Positions 48,705-57,144 of a DNA stretch of 64,000 nt are shown here, one piece after another (position 1 is the stretch's first letter; every line of letters begins with the position of its first letter). This DNA comes from Myxococcales bacterium (GTDB taxonomy: Bacteria > Myxococcota_A > Bradymonadia > Bradymonadales > Bradymonadaceae), in the NCBI GenBank assembly GCA_007120035.1, contig SKON01000005.1, positions 614-64,613 of the forward strand, in the 5' to 3' direction. A program made the translations under genes and the position numbers. The notes beneath the pieces were generated by a model. That model saw nothing but the letters and a program-made list of their open reading frames with translations. It made no database searches and was not told the DNA's origin.

Positions 48705-50397
48705 GGAAGAGGGCCATGGCGAGGAGGATCCAGAGGGACACAGGGGGGGTGGGGCTCGTGGAGCAGCCGCATCCGCCCTGGTCGGGGTCGTCGTCGATGG
48801 AGAACCCGGTGTCGGCCTGGTGACCGGCGTCGCTGTCGAAGGTGGCGAGATCTTCGACGGTGATCACTTCGCCCTGGTCGTCAGGGGGGACGAAGGTAAA
48901 GTTCAGGGGAGCTCCCAGGGGTGCCTGTTCGCCGTCCCGGGCGGTGGCGAGGAGCTGTCCGCACCATTCTCCCAGGGGGCGATCGGTGGGAGTGAGGACT
49001 TGGTCGACCTCGAAGGAGTCGCCGGTGTCGAGATCGATGTTTTGCAGGGAGAGCCAGGGGTCGGTGGGGTCCGGGGCGTCCTCGGCGTCGCAGGCGCCCT
49101 GTCGGATACGAAACTCGAGGCGTCGAAGCCGCAGCAGGGAGGGGCCGTCGTAGGTGAGGGTGGCCCCGAAGAAGGCCGAGGACCCTCGGGGGATCTCCCG
49201 GGGGGCCAGGGAGGGGCCGTCGGAGACGGAGAGGGCCGATAGATCGCCGTCGTCGTCGAAGAGGTCGGCGAAGAAGTCCACCGTGCCCGTGCCGCCCTGA
49301 CCCGATTGTAGCTCCAGGCGCAGGGGGGCGGCGTTCAGGGCGGCGGAGCTGGCCAGCAGGGGGGATGGCTCGGCGGGGTCGAAGAGGTGGACCCGGTGGT
49401 TGGTGTGGGGAGTCGTCCAGAGGCCAGGCTGCCGGGTGGCGGCCAGGATCAGGCCCGTGGGGAGCCACCGCGCCGATTGAAAGACCCCGCCGGCGGCGCC
49501 GCTCTCTTCCACGCCGATCTCGTCGAGGATCCCGCCCTGGGCGTCGACGACGAAGAGGGTCTCCCGAGAGGTGATCAGGAGGCGGCCGTCGATATCGGCC
49601 GTGAGGTCCTGGGCGGGGTAGAGATCGCTGATCAGGGCGGCTCCGGGGAAGTCCGGGGAGGTCGAGGAGAGGATGGCGGCGTCGATCACCGGTGGTGTGT
49701 CCAGGGTGATGACCAGGAGCGCTGAGGTGGAGAGGCTGGGCCAGTTCAAGAGGACAGCGGCGCGGTTGGAGGGCAGGAGGACGGCCCGGACCATATCCCC
49801 GGGGGTGTTGCTGAGGAGGAATCGCTCGCTGAAGAGGTACCGCTCGTCGACGAGGTCGTAGACCTGGACCCGACGCACGGAGTTGTCCGTCAAGAGGACC
49901 CGCTCGGGTTGATTGGGGCCCAGGTAGGAGGCGGCGACGGCGCTCTGCAGCGGGGGGAGTTGGCCCGGTCCGGCGAGCTCGTCGGTCTGGTGGCCCTGGG
50001 CGTCGAAGATGGCCAGGCCCCGGCCGGAGGCGTCGGTGCCCATCAGGTGGCCCCCGGGGAGGACGACCAGATCGGTGAAGGTCGCCGACGTGCCGGAGTC
50101 GAAGGTCAGGGGGAGGGCGGCGGCGGGACCGACGGCGGGAGGCTCATACCGGACCTGGACGCGCTCGACCTGGGAGACGCCGCCGGCGGTGAGGACGAAG
50201 ACGGGATCGTTGGCGTGGGAGGTGGCCGTGGCGAAGGTCGCCAGGGCCACGGCGGCGATGGCGAGGAGGCTCTTCAGGGCGCGCCGTCGCGAGACAGCCC
50301 ACAGCCGCTGTGGTAGAGTAGAGGGGTCGGTCAAGGAGGTGCCTGTGAAACGGTGGTTTGGGCCGTTCGCGTCGCATGGATAGCGCGTCGCACACAT
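48658..50397 (-). CDS. Secreted protein with a MYXO-CTERM-like C-terminal sorting signal
   Basis: Signal peptide LLAIAAVALATFATATSHA. C-terminus GGCGCSTSPTPPVSLWILLAMALFLIGRRD (GC-rich motif, TM segment, basic patch). Start uncertain. Confidence 0.7.
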   Translation of the reverse strand: MCATRYPCDANGPNHRFTGTSLTDPSTLPQRLWAVSRRRALKSLLAIAAVALATFATATSHANDPVFVLTAGGVSQVERVQVRYEPPAVGPAAALPLTFDSGTSATFTDLVVLPGGHLMGTDASGRGLAIFDAQGHQTDELAGPGQLPPLQSAVAASYLGPNQPERVLLTDNSVRRVQVYDLVDERYLFSERFLLSNTPGDMVRAVLLPSNRAAVLLNWPSLSTSALLVITLDTPPVIDAAILSSTSPDFPGAALISDLYPAQDLTADIDGRLLITSRETLFVVDAQGGILDEIGVEESGAAGGVFQSARWLPTGLILAATRQPGLWTTPHTNHRVHLFDPAEPSPLLASSAALNAAPLRLELQSGQGGTGTVDFFADLFDDDGDLSALSVSDGPSLAPREIPRGSSAFFGATLTYDGPSLLRLRRLEFRIRQGACDAEDAPDPTDPWLSLQNIDLDTGDSFEVDQVLTPTDRPLGEWCGQLLATARDGEQAPLGAPLNFTFVPPDDQGEVITVEDLATFDSDAGHQADTGFSIDDDPDQGGCGCSTSPTPPVSLWILLAMALFLIGRRDTAAPPAGPS

Positions 50398-50473
50398 AAT
50401 AGGGGAAGGAGGAGGAAGAATTCCAACCCCCTCGGTTTCTCCACAGCAACAACATCATCATCTTATCATCATC

Positions 50474-52228
50474 ATGGCGATTGGTATGAGTGGATCAGGT
50501 GCAGGGGTGATCTTGACGGTGGGGGCGCCGGTGGTGACCGGAGGGGGGCGAGAGGTGTTCGCCTTTCACCTGTACCGTTATCTGTCGCCCTGGTTGCGAG
50601 AGGCCGGGTGCGAGCGGGTGCTGGTGCGCCTGGGATTTCCCGGGTCCGCCGCCGATCTGGGATCCTATCAGATCAGCGCGTCCCGGGGGGTTCCCGTACA
50701 GGCCCACTGGACCGTGGAGGATCTGGAGGCGGCCTGGAGGTTTGGGAGCGGGGCGCTGATGTGGGAGACCGCCGAGGGTGGGGCCGTGGACTTTCGGTTG
50801 GTGCCGATTTCCTGCCCGGAGGCCCGGGAAGAAGCGGGGGCGGAGGAGTTCTTGGGGTTCTTATTGGTCCGCGGCGACGAGCGGTTGGAGGAGGAGGATC
50901 TGGAGCGCCTGTCGTTGCATGCCGCCGAGGCGGTGCAGGTGGCCCGCCGCAACGGGGTGCGGCTCTTCTTCGATGAGTACAGCGAGGCTCCGATCAAGGA
51001 GTGGCTGTACAGTCTGATGGATCGACTGCCGGAGTGGCTGGGGTGCGATCACTCGGCGTCGGTGATCCTGACCAATGACCTGGACGCGATGACGTTGCAG
51101 GGGTCTGACGGGGGGGCGTTTAACGTCCTGGCGGAGCGCCTCTTCGTGGCGGCCGAGCCGGGGACGAGCCCGGATCGGCTGGTCGGCATGGAGGTGGAGA
51201 TGTCGGCGGGACAGATCCTGGAGGACGCCATGGAGCGGGCCCGGGAGGAGCCCGAGGTGCCGTTCTGGGTGTACCACCACCGGGGAGGAGAGCGGGAGGA
51301 GTGGTGTCGGGCGGGGACCGAAGAGGGGTTGTCACGGTGGCATTGTCTGAGGGATCGGTCGCCGGAGGCTACGGTGGTGCTTGCGCCCTTGAGTCATCAC
51401 AGCCTGGGGGAGAGGGACCTGCTGGGGTTTCTGACGGTCTGTTTCCGGCAGCCCACGGCGTTGAGTCGGGCGCGGCAGAAGGTGTTGGCCGAGGTGGCCG
51501 ACGGGATCGCCGGCAGGTTAAAGCCGTCGGCGTTGTACACGATGAGCGTTCGAAAGATGTGGGTGTTGAAGGCCATCGCCGATCGGGTGGAGCGGCGGAT
51601 CGCCGGAGGAGAGCGGGGAGAGGGGGCTGTGGAGGCCATGGTGGCCGAGGTCAGCGATCTGGTGGCGAGCCACGTGGATGTGCCGTCCTTTGCGATCGGG
51701 GTACTGGTGGGGGGCGGTGGCGATCGTCGGCTGCGATACGATCATCCCCACGGTTGGAGCCGGTTTGAGAGGATCGAGTTGGCCGTGGATGTGGACGTCG
51801 ATGACCGAGTGGACTCAGGGATCTCGGCGTTGTCGATCCGCCTGGGTCGACCGGTGGTGCTCGCCGGAGGGCACGGGGCCGGGGTGGATCAGGAGTTTAA
51901 GAACTTCTTGTGGGTCCATGAGGAGGAGGGGGCGATCTACGACGCCCGGGGGCGAAGCTGTCCGGAGGAGCCCCGGGAGGCGGGGTGCACGCGGCTTCGG
52001 GAGTACTACAAGCCGGCCCGGGAAGAAGCCTACGCGTCGCTGGCCTATCCGATCACCTTCGGAAAAGAAGCGTTGGGGGTCCTGACCGTAGAGGTGGAGA
52101 AGACCACAGACTGGATCTGGTGGACCGGGTTCGGGGGCCATCTCTTCTGGGAGATGGTGGCCCGAGAGGTGGGGCTGGGGTTGTACGGGCTGCGGGGTGA
52201 GGACGGGGACGGGCCTCAGGAGTCCTGA
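50474..52228 (+). CDS. Cytoplasmic protein with about three GAF-like modules and no recognisable output domain
   Basis: Three recurrences of a GAF-like terminal strand (FLGFLLVRGD, LLGFLTVCFRQ, ALGVLTVEVEK). No SD at 50474, so the start is uncertain. Confidence 0.55.
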   Translation: MAIGMSGSGAGVILTVGAPVVTGGGREVFAFHLYRYLSPWLREAGCERVLVRLGFPGSAADLGSYQISASRGVPVQAHWTVEDLEAAWRFGSGALMWETAEGGAVDFRLVPISCPEAREEAGAEEFLGFLLVRGDERLEEEDLERLSLHAAEAVQVARRNGVRLFFDEYSEAPIKEWLYSLMDRLPEWLGCDHSASVILTNDLDAMTLQGSDGGAFNVLAERLFVAAEPGTSPDRLVGMEVEMSAGQILEDAMERAREEPEVPFWVYHHRGGEREEWCRAGTEEGLSRWHCLRDRSPEATVVLAPLSHHSLGERDLLGFLTVCFRQPTALSRARQKVLAEVADGIAGRLKPSALYTMSVRKMWVLKAIADRVERRIAGGERGEGAVEAMVAEVSDLVASHVDVPSFAIGVLVGGGGDRRLRYDHPHGWSRFERIELAVDVDVDDRVDSGISALSIRLGRPVVLAGGHGAGVDQEFKNFLWVHEEEGAIYDARGRSCPEEPREAGCTRLREYYKPAREEAYASLAYPITFGKEALGVLTVEVEKTTDWIWWTGFGGHLFWEMVAREVGLGLYGLRGEDGDGPQES

Positions 52229-52971
52229 ACGAGGTCGAAGAGGCGGGGAAGGGCTTCGCCGGTGGTCTCGCGGATCAGGACCTGGCAGAGATCCGAGAGG
52301 GCCGAGGGGTTGGGGTTGACCTCGATGAGGGTGGCGCCGTGGCGGCGGGCCGTCTCGGGGAGGGCCGCGGCGGGGTAGACCAGGCCGCTGGTGCCGAGGA
52401 TCAGACAGACGTCGCAGTCTTCGGCGGCCTGCACGGAGCGCTCCAGAGCGCCCTCGGGGAGGGCTTCTCCAAACCAGACGACGCCGGGGCGCAGGGGGCC
52501 TGAGCACCGGTCGCAGGTAGGCTCAGCGCTGAGATCGAGGGCGAGATCTTCGGTGCAGTAGTCGCAGTCGTCGCACCGGACCTCGAGGAGGGAGCCGTGG
52601 AGGTGGATGATCTCCGGTCGGAAGCCGACCTCGTCGGAGGCGGCTTCCAAGAGGTGATCGACGTTCTGGGTGGCGATGGTGTAGGTGGCCTGCCTGGCGA
52701 GCTGGATCAGGGCGATATGGCCGGGATTGGGGTGGATCTTGTGGAGGAGGTCCCGACGAGCCTGATACCAATGGAGCATCTCCGACCGGTGTGAGGAGTG
52801 AAAGGTGTCCACGTGGGTGAGGCGAGCGATGTCGGCGTCTTGGAAGACGCCGCCGGGGCCTCGGAAGGTGGGGACTCCGGACTCAGCGGAGAGGCCGCTG
52901 CCGGCGCAGACCAAGACCTTGTCGGCGGCCTTGAGGGCGGCGGCGGCGCGGCGAAGAGCGTCGAGATCCAT
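52216..52971 (-). CDS. cobB: NAD-dependent protein deacylase (sirtuin, CobB-type)
   Basis: GSGLSAESGVPTFRG, QNVDHL, HGSL and a Zn ribbon CDDCDYC...CDRC. Confidence 0.9.
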   Translation of the reverse strand: MDLDALRRAAAALKAADKVLVCAGSGLSAESGVPTFRGPGGVFQDADIARLTHVDTFHSSHRSEMLHWYQARRDLLHKIHPNPGHIALIQLARQATYTIATQNVDHLLEAASDEVGFRPEIIHLHGSLLEVRCDDCDYCTEDLALDLSAEPTCDRCSGPLRPGVVWFGEALPEGALERSVQAAEDCDVCLILGTSGLVYPAAALPETARRHGATLIEVNPNPSALSDLCQVLIRETTGEALPRLFDLVQDS

Positions 52972-53080
52972 GGGGTGACCGTCGGGGAGGAGGCGTTCGG
53001 CGACCCGATCGGCGGCGGCGACGACACCTCGACGGGCCAGACGAAGGAGGTTGCCTGTGATGGAGCCGAGTCGAGACAGG

Positions 53081-53647
53081 TCAGTTCCCGCGGAAGTGAA
53101 TCTCGTTGGCGCCGGCAGGCCGGAAGCCCACGCGGGCGGGCACGAAGCCGCTGAACTGACGGCCCGTGACCCGGTTGGGGATCACCACTCGCGTGCGGGG
53201 ACCGTCGGCCACCAAGTGAGCCGAGAAGGTCAGCTCCATGTCGGGGTGGGCGATGGTGATACGGGCTTCGGTGTCGCCCAACTCGATGCCGGCGATCCGC
53301 ATGAAGCCGACGTCGGTGTACTTCAGGGCGTCGGAGCGGAGCTCGATGAAGTCCTCGGTGTTGCGGTAGGCGTCAGGGAGGAACTCCCGGACCTCGGAGA
53401 AGGGGATATCGTAGGTGAGGACGAAGTCCATCCGGCCCTGGTTGGCCTCTCGGTCCGAGGAGATCTCCTCCCAGGGGAAGGCCAGGGGCACGACGTTGAA
53501 CCGGTCACCAATGATCAGATCCGAGGGTGAGAACTTCATGGGGGTGTAGGGCGGCTCACCGTCAAAGGCGGGCTCTTCGTCAGCGAAGGCCAGGGCGGGG
53601 ACGAGGAGGAGCAACGCCAACAGGGTCAAACCGGTGCGGATCATCAT
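53081..53647 (-). CDS. Secreted hypothetical protein
   Basis: Signal peptide MMIRTGLTLLALLLLVPALAFA. No family recognised. Confidence 0.6.
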   Translation of the reverse strand: MMIRTGLTLLALLLLVPALAFADEEPAFDGEPPYTPMKFSPSDLIIGDRFNVVPLAFPWEEISSDREANQGRMDFVLTYDIPFSEVREFLPDAYRNTEDFIELRSDALKYTDVGFMRIAGIELGDTEARITIAHPDMELTFSAHLVADGPRTRVVIPNRVTGRQFSGFVPARVGFRPAGANEIHFRGN

Positions 53648-53735
53648 GGCTCAAGATCTCCGGACAAGTAGGTGCAAAAGGGCTTCAACGGGGGAAGTGT
53701 AACCCAGGGGTGGGGCTGCGCCAAGGGGCGGATCA

Positions 53736-54316
53736 TCAGGGCCACTGAAACATCACCACGTTGCTCCGCTCTTCGACGTTGCGCACGGGGTTACGAGCCA
53801 TGCCGCTGAGCATGAACCCGTACCACACGCCCGATTCAGGCTCCCAGTCCCAGAAGGGATCCTGTTTGATGTGGTCGCCGGCGACGGCGGAGGCGAACTT
53901 GAAGGTCTGGTTGGGGCGCATCCACTCCCAGGTGGCGGCGTACCACTGACCCTGGTGCCGAATGAAGATCCAGGGGTTGCCGACGACGTCGGGGCTAGTG
54001 CTGTCGTAATGGCCGATGGGCCACTCGCCGGCCTTGTCGTAGGGCAGGTGGATGTAGGAGCCCGAGATGTAGACGTCGCTCGGGTCGCCGTCTGAGGCCA
54101 GTCGGAGACGTCGTGGTGGAGCCAGATGACGTCTGTGAAGTCGGCAGGTACCTCTTGATAGGGGGCTTTGGCGCAACTTGGCGAGGACGGGAGGAGAACG
54201 TCTCGAACGCCCACGAGGGTAGGGAGGGTCAAATTGATTGTAAAGGCGTAGCCCGTGGGTGTGATCGGCCTCCGTCGGCAGGGACGTCGCCGTTCCGCAG
54301 CGGGCCAGCCGATCAA
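53736..54316 (-). pseudogene. Hypothetical gene apparently split by a 1-nt frameshift near 54088-54100
   Basis: Protein-like sequence runs in one frame to ...FTDVIWLHHDVSDWP and continues in the adjacent frame as SDGDPSDVYISGSYIHLPYDKAGEWP... Each frame's other half is Arg/Pro-rich and looks non-coding. Confidence 0.4.
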
Positions 54317-54370
54317 CGTGGATCACACACCCCGGTAGTCGAGAGGGAGTCACCGCCGGGGAGGAGACGC

Positions 54371-54400
54371 AAAAATGCCGCCAGCGAAAAGCGGCGGCAT
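54371..54400 (-). terminator. Rho-independent terminator after tRNA-Leu
   Basis: On the minus strand: stem ATGCCGCC / GGCGGCAT, a 10-nt loop, then TTTTT. Confidence 0.6.
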
Positions 54401-54422
54401 TGAGCTACCAGGTGTTGTGGGA

Positions 54423-54506
<84 letters not shown>

Positions 54507-54635
54507 GAGTGATCGGACGGGAAGGCACCTTCCCGAGGACGAGGAGTACTACGATAAGATGCCGGGGGTGTCAACAACGATCGGTGAACAAAGGTCCTCC
54601 CCGCCGGGTGGAGGGCGGGGAGGAGGAGAGGGGAG

Positions 54636-54785
54636 TCAGGCGGCGGTGCCGTCGCTGACGTTGGGGTTGTCCAAGTCCTCGAGGGAGAAGGACTGGCGGC
54701 GCTGCAGTACCCAGGCCACCAGGGCTCCCACCATGAGGAGAAGGGGGATCCCGATGAAGAGTCCCATGACGATCCATTCAAACAT
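54636..54785 (-). CDS. Small single-pass membrane protein (49 aa), absent from the ORF track
   Basis: GGAGG SD 7 nt before the ATG. Sequence: MFEWIVMGLFIGIPLLLMVGALVAWVLQRRQSFSLEDLDNPNVSDGTAA. Confidence 0.5.
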   Translation of the reverse strand: MFEWIVMGLFIGIPLLLMVGALVAWVLQRRQSFSLEDLDNPNVSDGTAA

Positions 54786-54975
54786 GGCAGACCTCCTGCA
54801 GGGTTAACGTGAACCCACATCGCCCCGAAATGTTGGTGGTGAAGGGCGACGACCGAGAGGCTCGCCGGCGGGGCCCGACGGCGCAGACCTTCGGACTCTG
54901 AAAGGATAAGCACGGCCGGGGGGTCGGCAAGGGTGTGGTCGGCGTTTTGCAAAGAGTTACAGGGGGATAGGACGG

Positions 54976-55104
54976 TCAGTCCCGGCCGTTGGAGGCTACT
55001 TCCTCGGGGAGTTCCTCTTCTTTGCGGAGGAAGGCCACGAAGGCGATCATGAGGATGATCGCCGGGATGGCGATGAAGAGAAGGGGGATCAGAAGGTCTT
55101 CCAT
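54976..55104 (-). CDS. Small single-pass membrane protein (42 aa), absent from the ORF track
   Basis: GAGGTA upstream of the ATG. Sequence: MEDLLIPLLFIAIPAIILMIAFVAFLRKEEELPEEVASNGRD. Confidence 0.5.
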   Translation of the reverse strand: MEDLLIPLLFIAIPAIILMIAFVAFLRKEEELPEEVASNGRD

Positions 55105-55195
55105 GGGATACCTCGGTGCTACGAGTTGCGTGTCAGGTGGGAAGCCACCCGCATCCGAGAGGCAATCCTCGGCACGAGACCGGAAAGGTCCAGCC

Positions 55196-55603
55196 TCAGG
55201 GGTCTTCGAGCGCCGGCGATCCCGGCAGGAGGAGCGCCAGGATCGGTTGGAGGGACTCCGGGGTGGGATCGTCGAGGGCGTCGATCAGGAGGGCCAGGGC
55301 TCGGGCCCGGTGAGCGCCGGGGAGGGGGGTGGTAGCGGCCAGATCGAGGACAGCCCGGCCGAGGCGAGCCTCCCGATGGGGCGCCTCGCCGGGGGAGGTG
55401 GCGGTCGGAGACGGGGAGGCCGGCCCAGACGGGGAGGGCGGCGGAGACGAGGTGGCGGGCGGGGAAGGAGGCTGGCCTCGGAGCAGGGAACGGAGCTGAT
55501 CCATGGGGTCGCCGGCCGGCGTAAGGGCCGGGGCCGGGGGGATGTCCCGGGCCTGGTCGACGAGGGCTGTGAGGGTGTCGAGGGGGGAGGAGTCAGGGTC
55601 CAT
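55196..55603 (-). CDS. Hypothetical Pro/Ser-rich protein
   Basis: ORF 28 nt downstream of the HD-domain gene. Helix-like ends flank a PS-rich core. Coding status uncertain. Confidence 0.3.
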   Translation of the reverse strand: MDPDSSPLDTLTALVDQARDIPPAPALTPAGDPMDQLRSLLRGQPPSPPATSSPPPSPSGPASPSPTATSPGEAPHREARLGRAVLDLAATTPLPGAHRARALALLIDALDDPTPESLQPILALLLPGSPALEDP

Positions 55604-55631
55604 GATGTACCGAGTGGGGAAAGAGCCTGGG

Positions 55632-57029
55632 TCAGGAGAGGATCTCGCGGAGCAATCGGCGCTGGAGGTCTTCTTCGGGGCGGAGGTCGTCGGCGATCTC
55701 GGGGGCGACGTAGATCCGGATCTTCTTCACCACAGAGATGAAGTCATCCTGGATGCCAGCGACGACCCGGGAGAGTTCGTGGAGTTGATAGTGGGCTTGT
55801 CCGGAGACCCCGGGGTAGATCACCTCGATGGTCTCCAGGCGATCCTTGTCCCGGGGGGGAATGTCGATGATCACCGAGGCCGGATGCAAGGGGCGGCCCA
55901 CCAGGGTGCCGATGCGAGCCGTGAGGCGAGCGGTGAGATCCGAGAGGGTGGCCCGATCCATGGCGTAGATGGTGTTGTACGCCTCTTGCTTCTCCCGCTC
56001 CACGTAGGCTCGACTGTAGGTGGCAATGCGCTTGTACAGGCTTCGTCGTCCGTCACAGAGTCCGGAGACGAGCAAGCCCGTAGCGCTCTGAAGGGGCATT
56101 TGGTCCCGGAGCCACCCCAAAAACGCCTCGTCGTCGAACCGCAAGAGCGGCGAGAGGAGATCCTGGTCGTCCGGGGAGGTCCGGCTGTGAAAGGCGGCCA
56201 GGGCATTCTCCACCATGGCGCCGGCGGACCGGACCGTGTGGTGCCAGTACACCTCGCTGAACATGGTGTACCGGGCGAAGACGAACATCTCGGCGGAGAC
56301 CTTGGCCTTGGCGCCGATGGCCAGCGCTCGCTCGTCATGGCTCAAGGTGAGGTGGTCCAGGAGCCGCTCCTTATCGAAGGTCCGGCCGTAGGGGACCCCG
56401 ATGTGGTGGCTGTCGCGGCGGAGGTAGTCCATCTTGTCGGCGTCGATGGTGCCGCTGATCAGAGAGTGGAGGATGGAGTCCATCTGGGAGGGGCCGTCGC
56501 CGAGATCGCCGGTGCAGAGACGGATCACCCGGTCCGGGTTCACCCCCCACCGGCCGCGAAGGATCTCGGCGATGGGCTGATCCCCCCTGAGTTCGTCAAC
56601 CTCCCCCCGGAGGATCCGGCCGCCGACCTCTTCATGTCGCGGGGTGTCCTGCCCCTTGAGGTGCAGGGCCTCCAGGCTGTGGGCGAAGGGGTAGTGACCG
56701 AGATCGTGGAGGAGGCCGGCGGCGAGCACTGTGAGGAGATCCTCCTCGGAGGTGGCGTCGGCGAAGGCCGGGACGTCCAACACGGAGAGAAGGAATCGCC
56801 GAACATGGCCGAAGACCCCCAGGGAGTGCTCAAACCGAGTGTGGGTCGCCCCGGGGTACACCAGGTGACTGGGGCCGAGCATTCGGACTCGTCGGAGCCG
56901 TTGAAACGCGGGGTGATCCACGACGGCGGCCACCCGATCGGTGAGGGGGACGTTGCGCAGCTCCGGGATCCGCACCGACGGAGTGCGGCCGGTCTCAAAG
57001 GAGAGTTCCGGGAGCGCTTTGAGGTTCAT
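55632..57029 (-). CDS. HD-domain phosphohydrolase (COG1078 / dNTP triphosphohydrolase-like)
   Basis: HTRFEHSLGVFGHV and AGLLHDLGHYPFAHSLE. Confidence 0.85.
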   Translation of the reverse strand: MNLKALPELSFETGRTPSVRIPELRNVPLTDRVAAVVDHPAFQRLRRVRMLGPSHLVYPGATHTRFEHSLGVFGHVRRFLLSVLDVPAFADATSEEDLLTVLAAGLLHDLGHYPFAHSLEALHLKGQDTPRHEEVGGRILRGEVDELRGDQPIAEILRGRWGVNPDRVIRLCTGDLGDGPSQMDSILHSLISGTIDADKMDYLRRDSHHIGVPYGRTFDKERLLDHLTLSHDERALAIGAKAKVSAEMFVFARYTMFSEVYWHHTVRSAGAMVENALAAFHSRTSPDDQDLLSPLLRFDDEAFLGWLRDQMPLQSATGLLVSGLCDGRRSLYKRIATYSRAYVEREKQEAYNTIYAMDRATLSDLTARLTARIGTLVGRPLHPASVIIDIPPRDKDRLETIEVIYPGVSGQAHYQLHELSRVVAGIQDDFISVVKKIRIYVAPEIADDLRPEEDLQRRLLREILS

Positions 57030-57144
57030 CGCAGCCCTAGTGGAGCCTTGACAGTGGCGAGGGATTGGCCAGACCGTAGGAGGTCAGAAGCGGCGACGAC
57101 TGTACCTCTTTGCGGCGCCGCCGGTCCAGCCTGGAAGGAAGTCG

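Noticed and set aside
52216-52971. SIR2-domain protein as a possible anti-phage (Thoeris/DSR-like) effector
   Set aside because: It has the compact canonical sirtuin layout (GAGxS...PTFRG, QNxD, HG, a four-Cys Zn ribbon, 251 aa). It has no fused sensor or effector domains and no defence-type neighbours, so it is most simply the housekeeping CobB deacylase.
55632-57029. HD-domain dNTPase-like protein as a dGTPase-type defence gene
   Set aside because: COG1078-type HD proteins are widespread housekeeping enzymes. Nothing in the neighbourhood (small membrane ORFs, tRNA-Leu) indicates a defence island, and I cannot distinguish subfamilies by eye.
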